Assembly: GCA_002633005.1 (NCBI GenBank)
Contig: NMRA01000612.1
Location: 66,733 to 130,732 of the forward strand
Reading direction: 5' to 3'
Source: Phoronis australis
Lineage: Eukaryota > Animalia > Phoronida
DNA: 64,000 nucleotides
In this document: in pieces, positions 1-12,500 of the stretch
Numbering within the stretch: position 1 is the stretch's first letter
How the letters are laid out: the number at the start of each line of letters is the position of its first letter
The notes under the pieces: generated by a model
The model's input: only the letters and a program-made list of their open reading frames with translations
What the model was told of the DNA's origin: nothing
Databases searched by the model: none
Translations under genes and position numbers: made by a program

Positions 1-3000
1 CTGAAGGACTCTCTTGATTAGAAGGATGTTTCCCTAATGATCATTTTCCAACCTTACAATTAAGAACAGCTTTTGTCTTAGCAGCATGTTAGGACAACAA
101 GTGCCCTCTTTCGTCCCTTATCTGGATGTGAGTTTAATGTCAGTATAAACATTTCTCCAATATTCCCTGCTTTAGCATTCTCAAGTGGTCTTGCTTCTCA
201 TATTAACTGATTTATAAGATGGCATGTCATAAATGACCAACCAGATTTGAAAAGGATTACCTAATCAGTGGAATTCTTTGGTTATCAATAATTTGGGATC
301 TTTTGTGTCCACAGCAGGTTTACAACCCAATTACACTAAATTGGTCTACAAATACTCTGCTGTTCCCATCACCTCTACATATACAGATCTGTTAATTCTA
401 GTTGTAGTGCATAAACAGGGCATCTTCTAGTATATGCTATTCAGGTATTTTTTCGAAAATTGGTGGGTATAACCTGACAATTAGATTTATGTAAATAATT
501 GCCATCCTGGATTCCCTGCCACCCGATTTTCAATGAAGGGTTTGATGTCGTGACTTGGCTTTGTGTGTCTTAATTCACGTTTTTGTAAACTGAATTCTTC
601 AGGCGCATCCCATCCAAATTGTATCCTTTCATTTTTAGAGCATTTTAAGTTAAGTTTTATGCAGGGCTAATTAGGTCAGTCCAGAATCAGAATCTTCAAA
701 GTGAAATAATTCAATTTAGTAGTGGCTAACCTTTCTGTTGAATCAGTCAGTGAACCACATTAGGCCCATCTACAATTTTACCATGTGCAATTAGAAACAG
801 TTATTTGCCATATTAAAAAACAAAATAAAATTTCCACTTCCACCTTGAAACACAAACCAAAACATTGTTTTTCAAGGATGGCACAGCATGTGGATTTAAT
901 ATTTTTGTAAGAAGGATGTAGAGTTGTATATTTGTTTGGTAGGTCTACTGAAACTATGTAAGAGAAGTATTACATGATCAAATAGAAAATATGTAACAAG
1001 TATTATTTGATCAAACCCTATTTACTAAAGGGGCAGTAAACTACATTGATGGTCTTGATGCCAAACTCCTATACTAGGACACCTTCAGAATGTTACCTGT
1101 CTCCATTATAATTCACTACCTTCCCTGTATTGGATGGCATATTTATTGCCCTAAATGGGTCTAATTTGTCCATTGTGTTCACTGTATTGCATGTGAACAT
1201 TGAATGGATTAGAATGTGTATTGTAGTGCAAATGGGTGTAATGGGGTATTAGTAATCTGGTTAGCTGATACATTCAGACTCTGCCCTGGATGTCAATACA
1301 CATCACAAGCTGTGGTGTGTGGCAAGTCCTCACAAGCTGTCCTCAGAAATAGAAACAACAATAAGTCGTCTGAAAAGAAATTATTTGCATATTTTGCTTC
1401 TTTTCATGGCAATAATCTATAACATTTTGGCTCAAAATTTACCGTTTGGTTTTAAAATTACAGATTGTAGGTCTATTTCAATTCTTTGCTACTCTGCATT
1501 TAAAAAAGACTTTGGAAGTATTAGCATTAGACATTCTGACTTCAAAACAAATATGTGCATAATGGCTTTGGAATACTGGGTGATGTTTGACATCTTGCAG
1601 TTTATGTAATTATGTAATGTCTGTCTTATAAATGTTCTTGCCTGACTTTAAGCTCTGCTATGGCTTTGGTATAAAGTAGTAAACTAGTGGTTGAATGCAC
1701 ATCTTGTTATTTTAACTTATTTTGCTATTGCAAGTATCCTATATGTTTCGAAGTTCTAAATTTCCACACTGGTGAGAAGATTTTAGTTCAATTTTAAAGT
1801 GAATCCTTGCTGCAAACACTCATGTATATAGGACAAGCAGTACTCATTGCTTGCTGTTTAAACTCATGGCCCATTGAAAGGTGTGGCAAATATTAGTTTA
1901 GGTGTCCAACCTGTTTAGAGCTACCAGTTTAACGCACAGCTTGAAAACCCAGTGGTCTGAAGTTGAACATATAGTCTTGACAGTGACTGCTAGTATTTTA
2001 TAAAAATATACTACTGCTTATCATGAAAACATAGAATGTAGACCTCTTTCTTTATATACCCTTTCTATTGTAAAGGTGTGAAATCCAGTATTGTTAACTA
2101 GCATCCTATGTTGGACTGTTATTGTAGGAGACATTTAGAGAAGAAATGTTTAGATTCTAAATAGCATTTGGTCCATGTAACTTAATACCACTTGATTTAA
2201 TAGAAAGTGCAATGCCACTTTGACAGTGCTATCTGACATTCAGTCCAAAAAGTCATTACCTTGGTATTGGTACATTTTAATTCGATTGGTCTGTTTATTA
2301 TGTGCACACCAACGCAAAAACTAACAATCATAATTTTCAAATAAAAGTAAATGTAAATAAAAGTAAATATGCTCAACATTTGACTGGAGATATTTCAGAT
2401 CATAAAAATTCCTGCTGATCAGTAGAGGGTTATGATACAAAATTGAAATGTGTTATTATTAAACACAGCTTCACCTTAGCTGGTTTTGTATTGTGCGATT
2501 GTTAACCAGCATAATTTGAACTGTCATTAGTGTGCCGCATTTGCTCTCTATTCTCTGTTCTATTGATGTGACCTTGCATTGTTTTCCTTTTCTCCTAAAT
2601 GACTCCAATGGCACAGTGCTTTTCTATGTAAAGTTGCCTGTACAGTTCAAGTACACTTTAGCATTCTTAGGGTCAAGAAGTGAAAGCACTGTTCCAAGCA
2701 GCTTCACTGGTAAGGTCTCCACAACCACTCATAGCTAAGCTTAATCCTGTAAAGTGAAATAAACCTGCTTAACCATAATCAGGCCCAGGTCCTTACTTTT
2801 GTATCCACGTTTGCATTATTACTTGCAGTCTTACTGAGATTCATGTGTGTTTCCACTCTATACCATAGTTTGCCACATGCCAATAACCAACAGATTGTCA
2901 GCCCAGGGCAGTAATATACTGCGTGTCCACCTCACTGAAAATACTCCAAGGTGGCTTGTTCTTATGTTTTTATGCTTAGTACTAGCATAGTATATATTGT

Positions 3001-3372
3001 TAATATGTTCATGGTGATCATTTTCTTGTTTGCAAAATGGTAATAAGTAATAACAACGCACTGTTGCAAATATAAGACTTATAAACTTATTTTAAGCCCT
3101 TTACAGTTGTCTAAATAACAATACTACACCCAGTGCCTTTAATCAATGTTCATGAACTAAGTTTGCTGGCATCAATAATACATGCTAATTATTGATACGC
3201 AACTGACTGGACATTTTATGCATGTTCAATTGGCAACTGTCGATTAAATATGAAATGAACTTGTTTATGTTTTACCCGTGTCTCTGTTAACTTGGCCTGC
3301 AGCCATCAATTTTTGTACACCATTACCACTGGATTCAGTGTAAAAGGTTCATCTGTATCGTTTTCCTTGCAG

Positions 3373-3529
3373 ACGTACTCAGGTCTTTTCTGTGTGGCCA
3401 TCAATCCGTACAAGAGGCTTCCAATTTACACACAGGGTGTTGTGGACAAATACAGGGGAAAGAGGAGGAATGAAATGCCTCCTCACGTCTTCTCAGTGTC
3501 AGACAATGCTTATCACGACATGTTGCAAG
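3373..3529 (+). CDS. Mhc: Mhc exon TYSGLFC...YHDMLQ (157 nt)
   Basis: ttgcag acceptor, g|gtgagt donor; conserved myosin motor sequence. Confidence 0.97.
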
Positions 3530-6500
3530 GTGAGTAAATTTTATGGAATCTCTGAATTTGTATACATCACAATTGCCATCCTCCTAAATTCCCTTTAGTC
3601 GTTTACTGTAAAAGGAAATTCAAAGTGATATATCATCGTTTTGATGAAGTTATGTGGAAGTACAGCCTACTCAAATACTCTAATACATATTCCAACTACA
3701 TGCACGTGAGTGCTGTTTGAACAAGATTTTCTTTGAAAATGGTTTTCTTTTGAAAACTGTTGGACTCCCCATTATTCATAATTTCTCTGCATTCAAATCT
3801 CTGCATAGTCAGCAATGGCAGCTTTAGTCTGTTGTCACTATTTTGCACCTCCGACAGAGGAGACCCATGCTGAAATTGCCTTAGTCATCTATAGACTCTT
3901 CAGCAGAGAGCCAAGAAGCATGTACTCCGGTTTGTCTGGAATCATGATAGGTTGGGCCAAGTTACTAAACTTAAGGTGTGCCACTAATCAGAGGGTTTTT
4001 ATTTGTTTTAATTGTGTTGTGTCAAACTCATTTCACCCTTTTGCTAGAAGGCAGTTTAATAGGTTTATTTAATGTAAATAAATAAATTGAATTCCCTATT
4101 CCAAGACAATGACCTTTAAAACCTGAATCAATTTCCGAAGTATAATGAGATGAGTAATGCAAGCGAAATAGCAGAAACATTGTTGGTGTGCTGTGTGTGT
4201 AGAAGTTTCCAAGGTAGATCTTGCTGGACATTTTGGTGACGGTCACATGCCTGAAGAATCCATTACTATCTACCAAGGCTAGTGATACCAAAAAATATTC
4301 TGTACTTTCCCTACCCCAAGAAAACACTACAACAAGAAATATGCTTGGGTCTAATCATTTATGGCCTTGGACTATTCTGACCACATCACGACACTGCAAT
4401 AACAACACTGGAAATTCCCTTTCGCTTATATAAACATGGCATCACACAGAGTGGATGTTTTCCATGATGAACTGGCTGGCTGGATGGGCCAAGCACAACT
4501 CTTAACTGTTTGGGGTGGTGTAGGGTGCAATAGTCACATGTGGCCACTTAACTCTGAATAATTGATAGTCTTAATTGAAATTCCTAATGTTGAATGGCTT
4601 TCAGTGTTATCATCCAATTGAGCAAAGACCACTTGACTAATGAGGAATTTCCTGTTTAGGGGGTTTTCTGTCTGATCAACTTTTGAAGTTGAACTACTCA
4701 ATTCTTCACGTTTTTGCATTGACAATCACCTGTCCTCCTTTCTTGCCTTTTTGTGTAAAACAATCCACATTCCTATTCTTGGAGGAACTGACCAAACATG
4801 TTTTTTTGAAGTATTAATGAACTTATTAAGTTTAATACATCACTTAAACATCATTTAATCTGTTCATGGAAGATCTCATTAACACACTTACACCTTATCA
4901 TAACAATATCTTCATTATTATTTGTATTAACTATATTTATGCACTGACAGCCCCTGACTTACTGCTGTAATACAACTTACAGACGGGTACTGAGCAGGCA
5001 TGCCAGATATGTTCTTCATCAGATGGTGGGATGGCATGCCATATAAGGCATGGCCTGTTGGCACTGACTTGGATATGGACTTGGCAGCCGGCCTAGGAAA
5101 TAAATACTGCAGTTTGTCTCTTGCTGGGCTATCCTATGGTGTAACCAACAGATGTTTGTACTCAGCTGTCATGTTTGCCCTATGCATCCTCAAACCATTA
5201 TGCTCAGTGAAAATACTGCCCGTACTCCATCTTTAAATCCCAGGAATAGGTTATTATTTATTTCGTATATTTTCTCATGCAATTTAATGATAAAAACAGC
5301 AGAAGTCTCATACGTAAAATTGTCTTTCAGATCGTGAGAACCAGTCTATGCTTATCACGTAAGTGTCTTTTAGGTTTTGATGATGTTATGGTGCATAAGT
5401 TTTGCCTTTACTCCCTGGTGTGCAAGTTCGTTAATGGAATAGTTTCCCAATTCTCATAGTCATCATTTTATAGTTGTAGAACTTTGTAATGCATTATACA
5501 AAATGTTATAGAGTACAGAGATGATTCTAAATAATTATTAATTGAGTACTGTAATTTTTAGAATAAACTGTAATTTTAGAAAACTTGTCACTCTATTAAC
5601 TACCAAGGTCTGGCTATTTGATAACTTTTATATCACTGATCTGTAATATATTACAATTTATTGGATGGAACGACATGGTTCTATGTTGCGTCTTATTCTT
5701 CTGCTTGAACACGATACTCTTGACAAAGTCAGAAAAATCACACCTTCAAAACAGTTGTGTAGCCAGGTCTTGTTATCACCCTTTGTTACAATAGTATCAC
5801 CCACTAGTACCACTTAATTTCTGTTCTTAAGGGCATTAGGATGGAACTAATTTGAAAAATGCAATTGGAATTGTTTCTTTTCTACCTGTTACATGATCAA
5901 GTAAGGATATATACAAAAGGTATTATATTCTTCTGGCCAATCTGAACTCAGTATAGGAAAGTGTTTGATCAGTCATGTTTTTTGCATTTTCATTAATGGA
6001 ACTAATTATTAAATAAACTCATGCCAGCTTGGTGGCGAATACTGTAAAATTTTAATTGTTTCCTAATGCTCTTAAAATTGCCCTGAGTCCTTGTGTGTCC
6101 CCTGCCCCTGTGTGAGCGTGATCCTGTTCACTGTTTTCTCGTGTTTTTGTGCACACTTAGTGGTGAGTCTGGAGCTGGTAAAACGGAAAACACCAAGAAG
6201 GTCATTCAGTATTTTGCCTATGTAGCTGGTTCGGCTCAATCTAAACAGAAAACCCTGAAAGCTGTAAGTCTTTCTGCACTTTTTTATTCCTCTACTCATC
6301 TTGCCTGAGCTGCACATTGCTGATGATGAAGGGAACAATACTGAATTCTCTTTAGTCAGATGCAAGAAGTGGGTGGAGTGACGTCATTTGTTTTAACAAG
6401 TCCTGTTGCCTTAACTTTGTTAATAAGGTCCTCATTAAGCAAAAAACCTGAAATATGATGTGCAGCTAAGGCAAGTGCTGGTGGTGATCAGTACTTTAAT

Positions 6501-9500
6501 GTTGAGTGTGGTTGACTGTGCATATTTCAACAATAGAGTAGTGTAGCCCCATCTGTTGTGCATGGTTGTGGCATGGAGTCACTTGGTTAACTTGTCATAA
6601 CCAAGTGGTTCCAGTCCTGTGTTGTTGTGTTTTGCATGCATGCAAATTGAACTGATGGTACTTGATTCTTATACAAACTGGATTGGCCTCTGAGTATGAT
6701 TACTGGCCTTGCCTCTTTGCTTGGTCTGGGTGCTGAGATATAGTCCAGCGCCAACAAATAAGGTTACATGTGGCTATCAGCTGGGGTGTGAATGAAACTT
6801 GTATTGTAAACACTGTTGAAACAAATAACCACTTTCATGTCCTGCTCCTAAGACTTTGGAACTTGTGCTGCAAACGCTATTGAAGCACAATATACATTTC
6901 ATACCCTACTGCAAGCAACATGTAGGTTAGCACTTCAATACTTATTTTCTCTCCTGTGAAGGCAATATGTTGCATTGGTGGAGCTGAACTTTAAGTTGAA
7001 TAATCTTTTGGTCCTTTTCAACTTACTTTCTTATGAATGACAAACATGTCAAATGATGCTGTGATGGCAGTTTTCTTTATCTCAGCACCAATGGCTTGAC
7101 CAGATGTGTTGACTTGCGTTGTATTCATCACACTCATGTATCATTTGCCCTGTTCTGCTAGTGGTGAATCTGGAGCTGGTAAAACAGAAAATACCAAGAA
7201 AGTAATCTCTTACTTTGCCATGGTGGCCGCAGCTACTGCTAAGAAGAGCGGTGAAGAAGTGGTAGATGATTCGAGCAAGAAGGTAGACCCTTCACTGTGT
7301 GGACCCCTGCATGTCACTGTCATAACCCTGTTTGTTTATACCATCACTGTCTCATGGGCGGATCTAGGATGTTGTCAGGGCATACGATCACTGAAGGCAT
7401 AAAGTAGCCGTTCTTAGATCCGCCCAACTATAGTTACTCTTTAGTAATGTTGAATATTCTTCACAGTTAGCCTGACCTCCTTTAGACGTTTTGATTGAGG
7501 TTTATGTAGTGAATGATATAGAGGAGGCAACAGTCTCTCTTATGTCCATTACTTGTGACTTGTCCCCCCTGAAGCACTGGCCTAGAACTGCAATTATTTT
7601 TGTGCACTGTAAATGTTAAGGCGGTTATCTTTTCAAAACTAAAGGAAGTGCGATACTTTTCGCATACTTCATGAAATATTTTATGAAACGCGTGTCCTGT
7701 CAAATAAACACAAGGCAAAAATAAACTCAACCCTGTGTGATCCTATCTCTGTGTGGAATTCAAATGAAATAAAAAACGCACATTCGCATGATTTCTTAAA
7801 ACTGCATCAATGTAATTTATTCATTTTTACAACAAATATTTTCTGATTGTAAAAATCAAAATCAGCTTCATTTTTTTTGATGTTTCTGACAACATGTTAA
7901 CATTGAAGACAATTCCTAAAGGTTGAAATTGTTTAAAGGTTTGTTCTTTGAACCAGTGGCTGTGTAAAGCCTGGTGTCAAAAGACTTTATGTGCAGTTCT
8001 AAGAAAATATTTAGCTGAATTGTTTTTTGTTTAACTCTTTTAAATATCATTGGAAGTTTCTGCAGCATCTCATGTGTGCTCAAATTAGTTTTAGTTTGTC
8101 ATGCAAGGAATTGATAGACATCAATGCACATTCAAATATACCATAATTAATTAAACAATTCATTGAGACTTGCTGCATTAACGTACCTCTGTGTATCCTT
8201 AGTATTCTATTCAGCAGTGTGGTTTACTGTAGTCTTGTTCATTCTAAGCATAGTTTAAATCATTGCTTGTTAAAAATGATTATTATTACGACGTTCCTTA
8301 AAGTCAGTTTAAACCTTTACTCATTTCGTTAATGAGAAATAATGACTCTTTGGTCTCGATGTTTCATTGCACAGCTGTCAAGTGCTGTGATTTTGCTGTT
8401 CATGTCAAGATCATTTAAGTAATGTTGAAGTGCTAATGGTCATGTTGGCTCTTTTAGTACCGAGTTATTACCATTGCATTTGTGTACATGCATGAAATGG
8501 ATTGTAATCAATTTCTTAATTCAATTTCAGCATTTCAATTGACACTGTGCTAATCTTGTTTTATTTTCTCTTTTCTCCGTACTTTCCAACCTCCCTCTCC
8601 TGCTTTCTATCGACCTAATCTAGGGTACATTGGAAGATCAAATTGTGCAGGCTAACCCTGTACTGGAAGCTTATGGTAATGCCAAGACAACGCGTAACAA
8701 CAACTCTTCACGTTTCGTAAGTAACGTCTGTCCAGTGGTGGTGGCCCCTGTATAGATGTGTGACACCGCACCCTCTTGACACCCTCTAGTTCATCTAGTT
8801 TCACCCCTTTTCAGGAGGCTCCCTGTGGCGACCCATTCTCCCACCGATGACACTGTGTGTTTTGTACTGGTGTGATAGCACTGTGTTCACTACTCTTGTC
8901 ACCTGTAACATACTTCCTTACTAATATGTGTGTCAACCACAGGGTAACTTAGAAGATCAGATCATCCAGGCAAATCCTGTGCTGGAGGCCTTTGGTAATG
9001 CAAAGACTGTGAGAAATAACAATTCCTCTCGGTTTGTGAGTATTCAGCCCAATATGTGTCATTTCAAACCAAATGCAAATCTAAAGCCAGTTTGATGCAT
9101 TGATTTGCATTTGGTTCTAAAATTTGTTTTCCTTATTGGTATATCTACATGTTAACTAATACCTATTTTATTAGACCCGGTGTGACCCTTGTATAGTTTA
9201 CACAGAAAACCTGCCTATGTGAAAAATCCTTGATTTGAAAATGTATGTTAGATATGAGTTTGAACTACTTACACATATTCTAGAAGTAGCACATATTGCA
9301 TGTCATTACAAGGTCACTTCGCCATGTCATTATACAGCACATCACAAACTCAACCTTATCTTTGACCATGCAGGATGATGAATTGTCCAATTTGTTGCAA
9401 AGCGTGAAAAGTAAAACTCTATTGCAGGTTGTTTTGATTATGACAACAACTAGTGTCTTGTTCAAGTACACAACCAATGATTGAATATTTCCTGATTTCA

Positions 9501-12500
9501 TTGAGGTTGATTGCAAGATTGACCACAGAGATATTTGTACTTATTGCAAAACATTGCCATTTTAAAATTTTAGTCGGATGGACAGATTTTGCAATTTTCT
9601 TTAGTGTTCTTCAACAACATTTGAGTACTCTTTAAGCCTGATTGAAATTTCTGTAAATAGCTTTTGTAATTGAGACAATATTTACAAAATTTGATATTGT
9701 AAGTTTCTCACTGACAAATTGTTCATTGTGTTTAGGGTAAATTCATCCGAATCCACTTTGGTACAACTGGAAAGATTGCTGGTGCTGATATTGAGACTTG
9801 TAAGTTGCCCGTTACTGTTTCACCTTGTAAAAATTCAAACATTACGCACAGTGATTGATAATTAACAAGAATTCCGCTACTTGTACCATATCAAAAACTC
9901 CCATTGGTGGCGATGTCTTTGACAATTCACTTTTAATATTTGTATGTTTGTGTGTAGTTGTCTAGTAATTATATACCATGCTTACTTACTTATGTTATTT
10001 ACTTGATTCACCTACTGGTGCTCTGTGTGGATTCATAACCTAACGCTTCATTGTAGATCTGCTGGAGAAGTCACGTGTCACCTTCCAACAGAAAGCTGAG
10101 AGAAACTACCACATTTTCTATCAACTGTTGTCCAATGCTTACCCAGAATACAACGGTCAGTACTATCCTACCATTGAAAATTCATTTCCTATTCGTTTTG
10201 TCTAAATTTGTATGCAGTTTCAAAAGGTTTAAATTATTGTTGATACTTTCTCCTATTTAACAAACAGGCTGATGAAAAGACATTTAGAGGAAAAATGTTC
10301 ATGCATTTCTCTTTACATTTTGCTATTGTTAACTGTTTTGCAAGATATGTAAAATATATTACCAACTAGCAGCATGTAGGTTAACAGTGTTATTTTTGTC
10401 ATCACCAGAGGCCATGCTGATCCAGCCTGACCCTGGCATGTTCAGCTTTATAAATCAGGGTATGCTCACAATTGATGGTATTGATGATGTGGAGGAAATG
10501 AGGATAACTGATGTAAGTGCTATTTTGCATACTCCATCATTTCAATGTAGTCAGTCTACATTACAAAATCTCAAGCAGTGGGTGAAACTTAACATTTTTG
10601 TACTTTGAAACAATCCATTCTTGCTGTATGTGAGTGGTTTCAGTTTCTTTATTTTGTAGGTTTCTTATATTTTGGAGGGCATAAAACAATTCAAATTCTC
10701 TCTGGAACATTATGTTCTTATGTCATTACCCCAAGTTATTGGTGAGCTGACTAGCTTGTTCCAGAACATTCTGATAGATTCTTTAGAAGCGATGAGTACA
10801 GTAAAAAGGGTGTCATGGCCAATGACTTTTATTTAGGTTTAATTGTTTTCGCTAATTTCCATGCCGGCAGTTTTCATAGCTTTCCCACTGAGACTGTTTG
10901 TAATAGAGTAAGGTAATATGGGTTTGGGGTTAATTCTGTGCATTATTTGTGTTTGGCAGATGGTGTAATACCAAAACCAAGTGTTTCACTTTAATGAATT
11001 TTTGTTTTTAGGAAGCTTTTGACATCCTGGGCTTCACCAAGGAGGAGAAGATGAGCTTGTACAAATGCACAGCTAGTATCTGTCACTTTGGTGAAATTAA
11101 GTTCAAACAGAGGGGTGAGCAGGCTGAGGTAGACGGAACAGCCGAGGCTGAGAAGTGCGCCTTCTTGTTGGGCGTCAATGCCAAGGATTTGTTGTCATCC
11201 ATCTTGAAGCCAAAGGTCAAAGTCGGCACTGAGTTCGTTACCAAGGGCCAGAACCAGGCTCAGGTATATTGATTTAATCATTACTGTGTTTGGCAATAGA
11301 TATAACACTTTACTTACGATTTCCAAAAATTGGCAGGTCTGTTACAATGTTGTATACCACTACTTAATCACACTGGTATACACATCTGTGGAAGGAGTTA
11401 TAAAATCTTAATTTTTAATGTTTTTGCAATGTTTCTTTGATTTAGTTATTTCTTTTTGATTTACTTACGTGAACCCTGGTCCATAATACATGCCATGAAA
11501 TTTACCCAGTGCACTGTGTCGCTCTGCCATGTAGTATACCAGTACACTGTCACGTTTGCAACATTAACATGACCTTGTACTTAATGCAGGCTTTTTTTTC
11601 CAGTGTCAATATGCAGTGGCTGCTATCTCTAAATCTCTGTACGACCGCATGTTCAAATGGCTGGTCATGAGAGTGAACAAGACTCTGGACACAAAGATGA
11701 AGAGGCAATTCTTCATTGGTGTGCTTGACATTGCTGGATTTGAGATCTTTGAGGTGTGTACAACAACCCACTCATGGTTTGGTGGCACTGAGTCGAGTGT
11801 TAGCAAACTAACTTAAAGTAAAATATAGACCTGTGCAGTGAGACTCTGTTATTCTCTACATCTGATACGATCGTGGATTAACCCAAGTTTTAATGTCTGA
11901 AGTATGACAATTACATCTTGTTATACATATTACGAACAATGATGTTTTCAGATGTGAATCATTTCTGCATGAAAAGTACACAGTGTACTTCCTTTGGTAT
12001 GTGTTTATAATTTGGTGAAAAATAGTGTGATACAATCCTTTACTCTATATAATCATCTGGTCAGTAGTCACATACCATGTGCCTAGCTGAAAGCACTGAA
12101 GGTTTCCTGGTGTACTTCAAAGCTCATGCCCACTAGCAAAGAAAACAAATATAGAAAACCTGTTTCTATGCTTACAGTACAATGGCTTTGAGCAGCTGTG
12201 TATTAACTACACAAATGAGAGGCTTCAGCAGTTCTTCAACCACCACATGTTTGTGCTGGAGCAGGAAGAATACAAGAAAGAAGGTATCCAATGGGACTTC
12301 ATTGACTTTGGTATGGACTTGCAGGCCTGCATTGAGCTTATTGAGAAGGTAGGTGGGCAATTAACAGATTTCAAAGTAGTTTTAGCAAGCTTCTTGCTAT
12401 GGGGATGCAGCAGCTTGCGAGGTAAATGTGGCTGTGTTTTTGTAGTTTAATAATTTATTGAAATAATCACAGATACTTAACAGAATGGGTTGCTCTGTTT

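Noticed and set aside
2671-2709. Apparent 39-nt exon (cttag|GQEVKALFQAASL|gtaagg)
   Set aside because: No myosin similarity, and inclusion would interrupt the conserved IY-TYSG strand; likely chance splice-like sites
1-3372. Short ORFs in the first 3.4 kb
   Set aside because: AT-rich intron with no recognisable motifs; upstream Mhc exons were not found in the window
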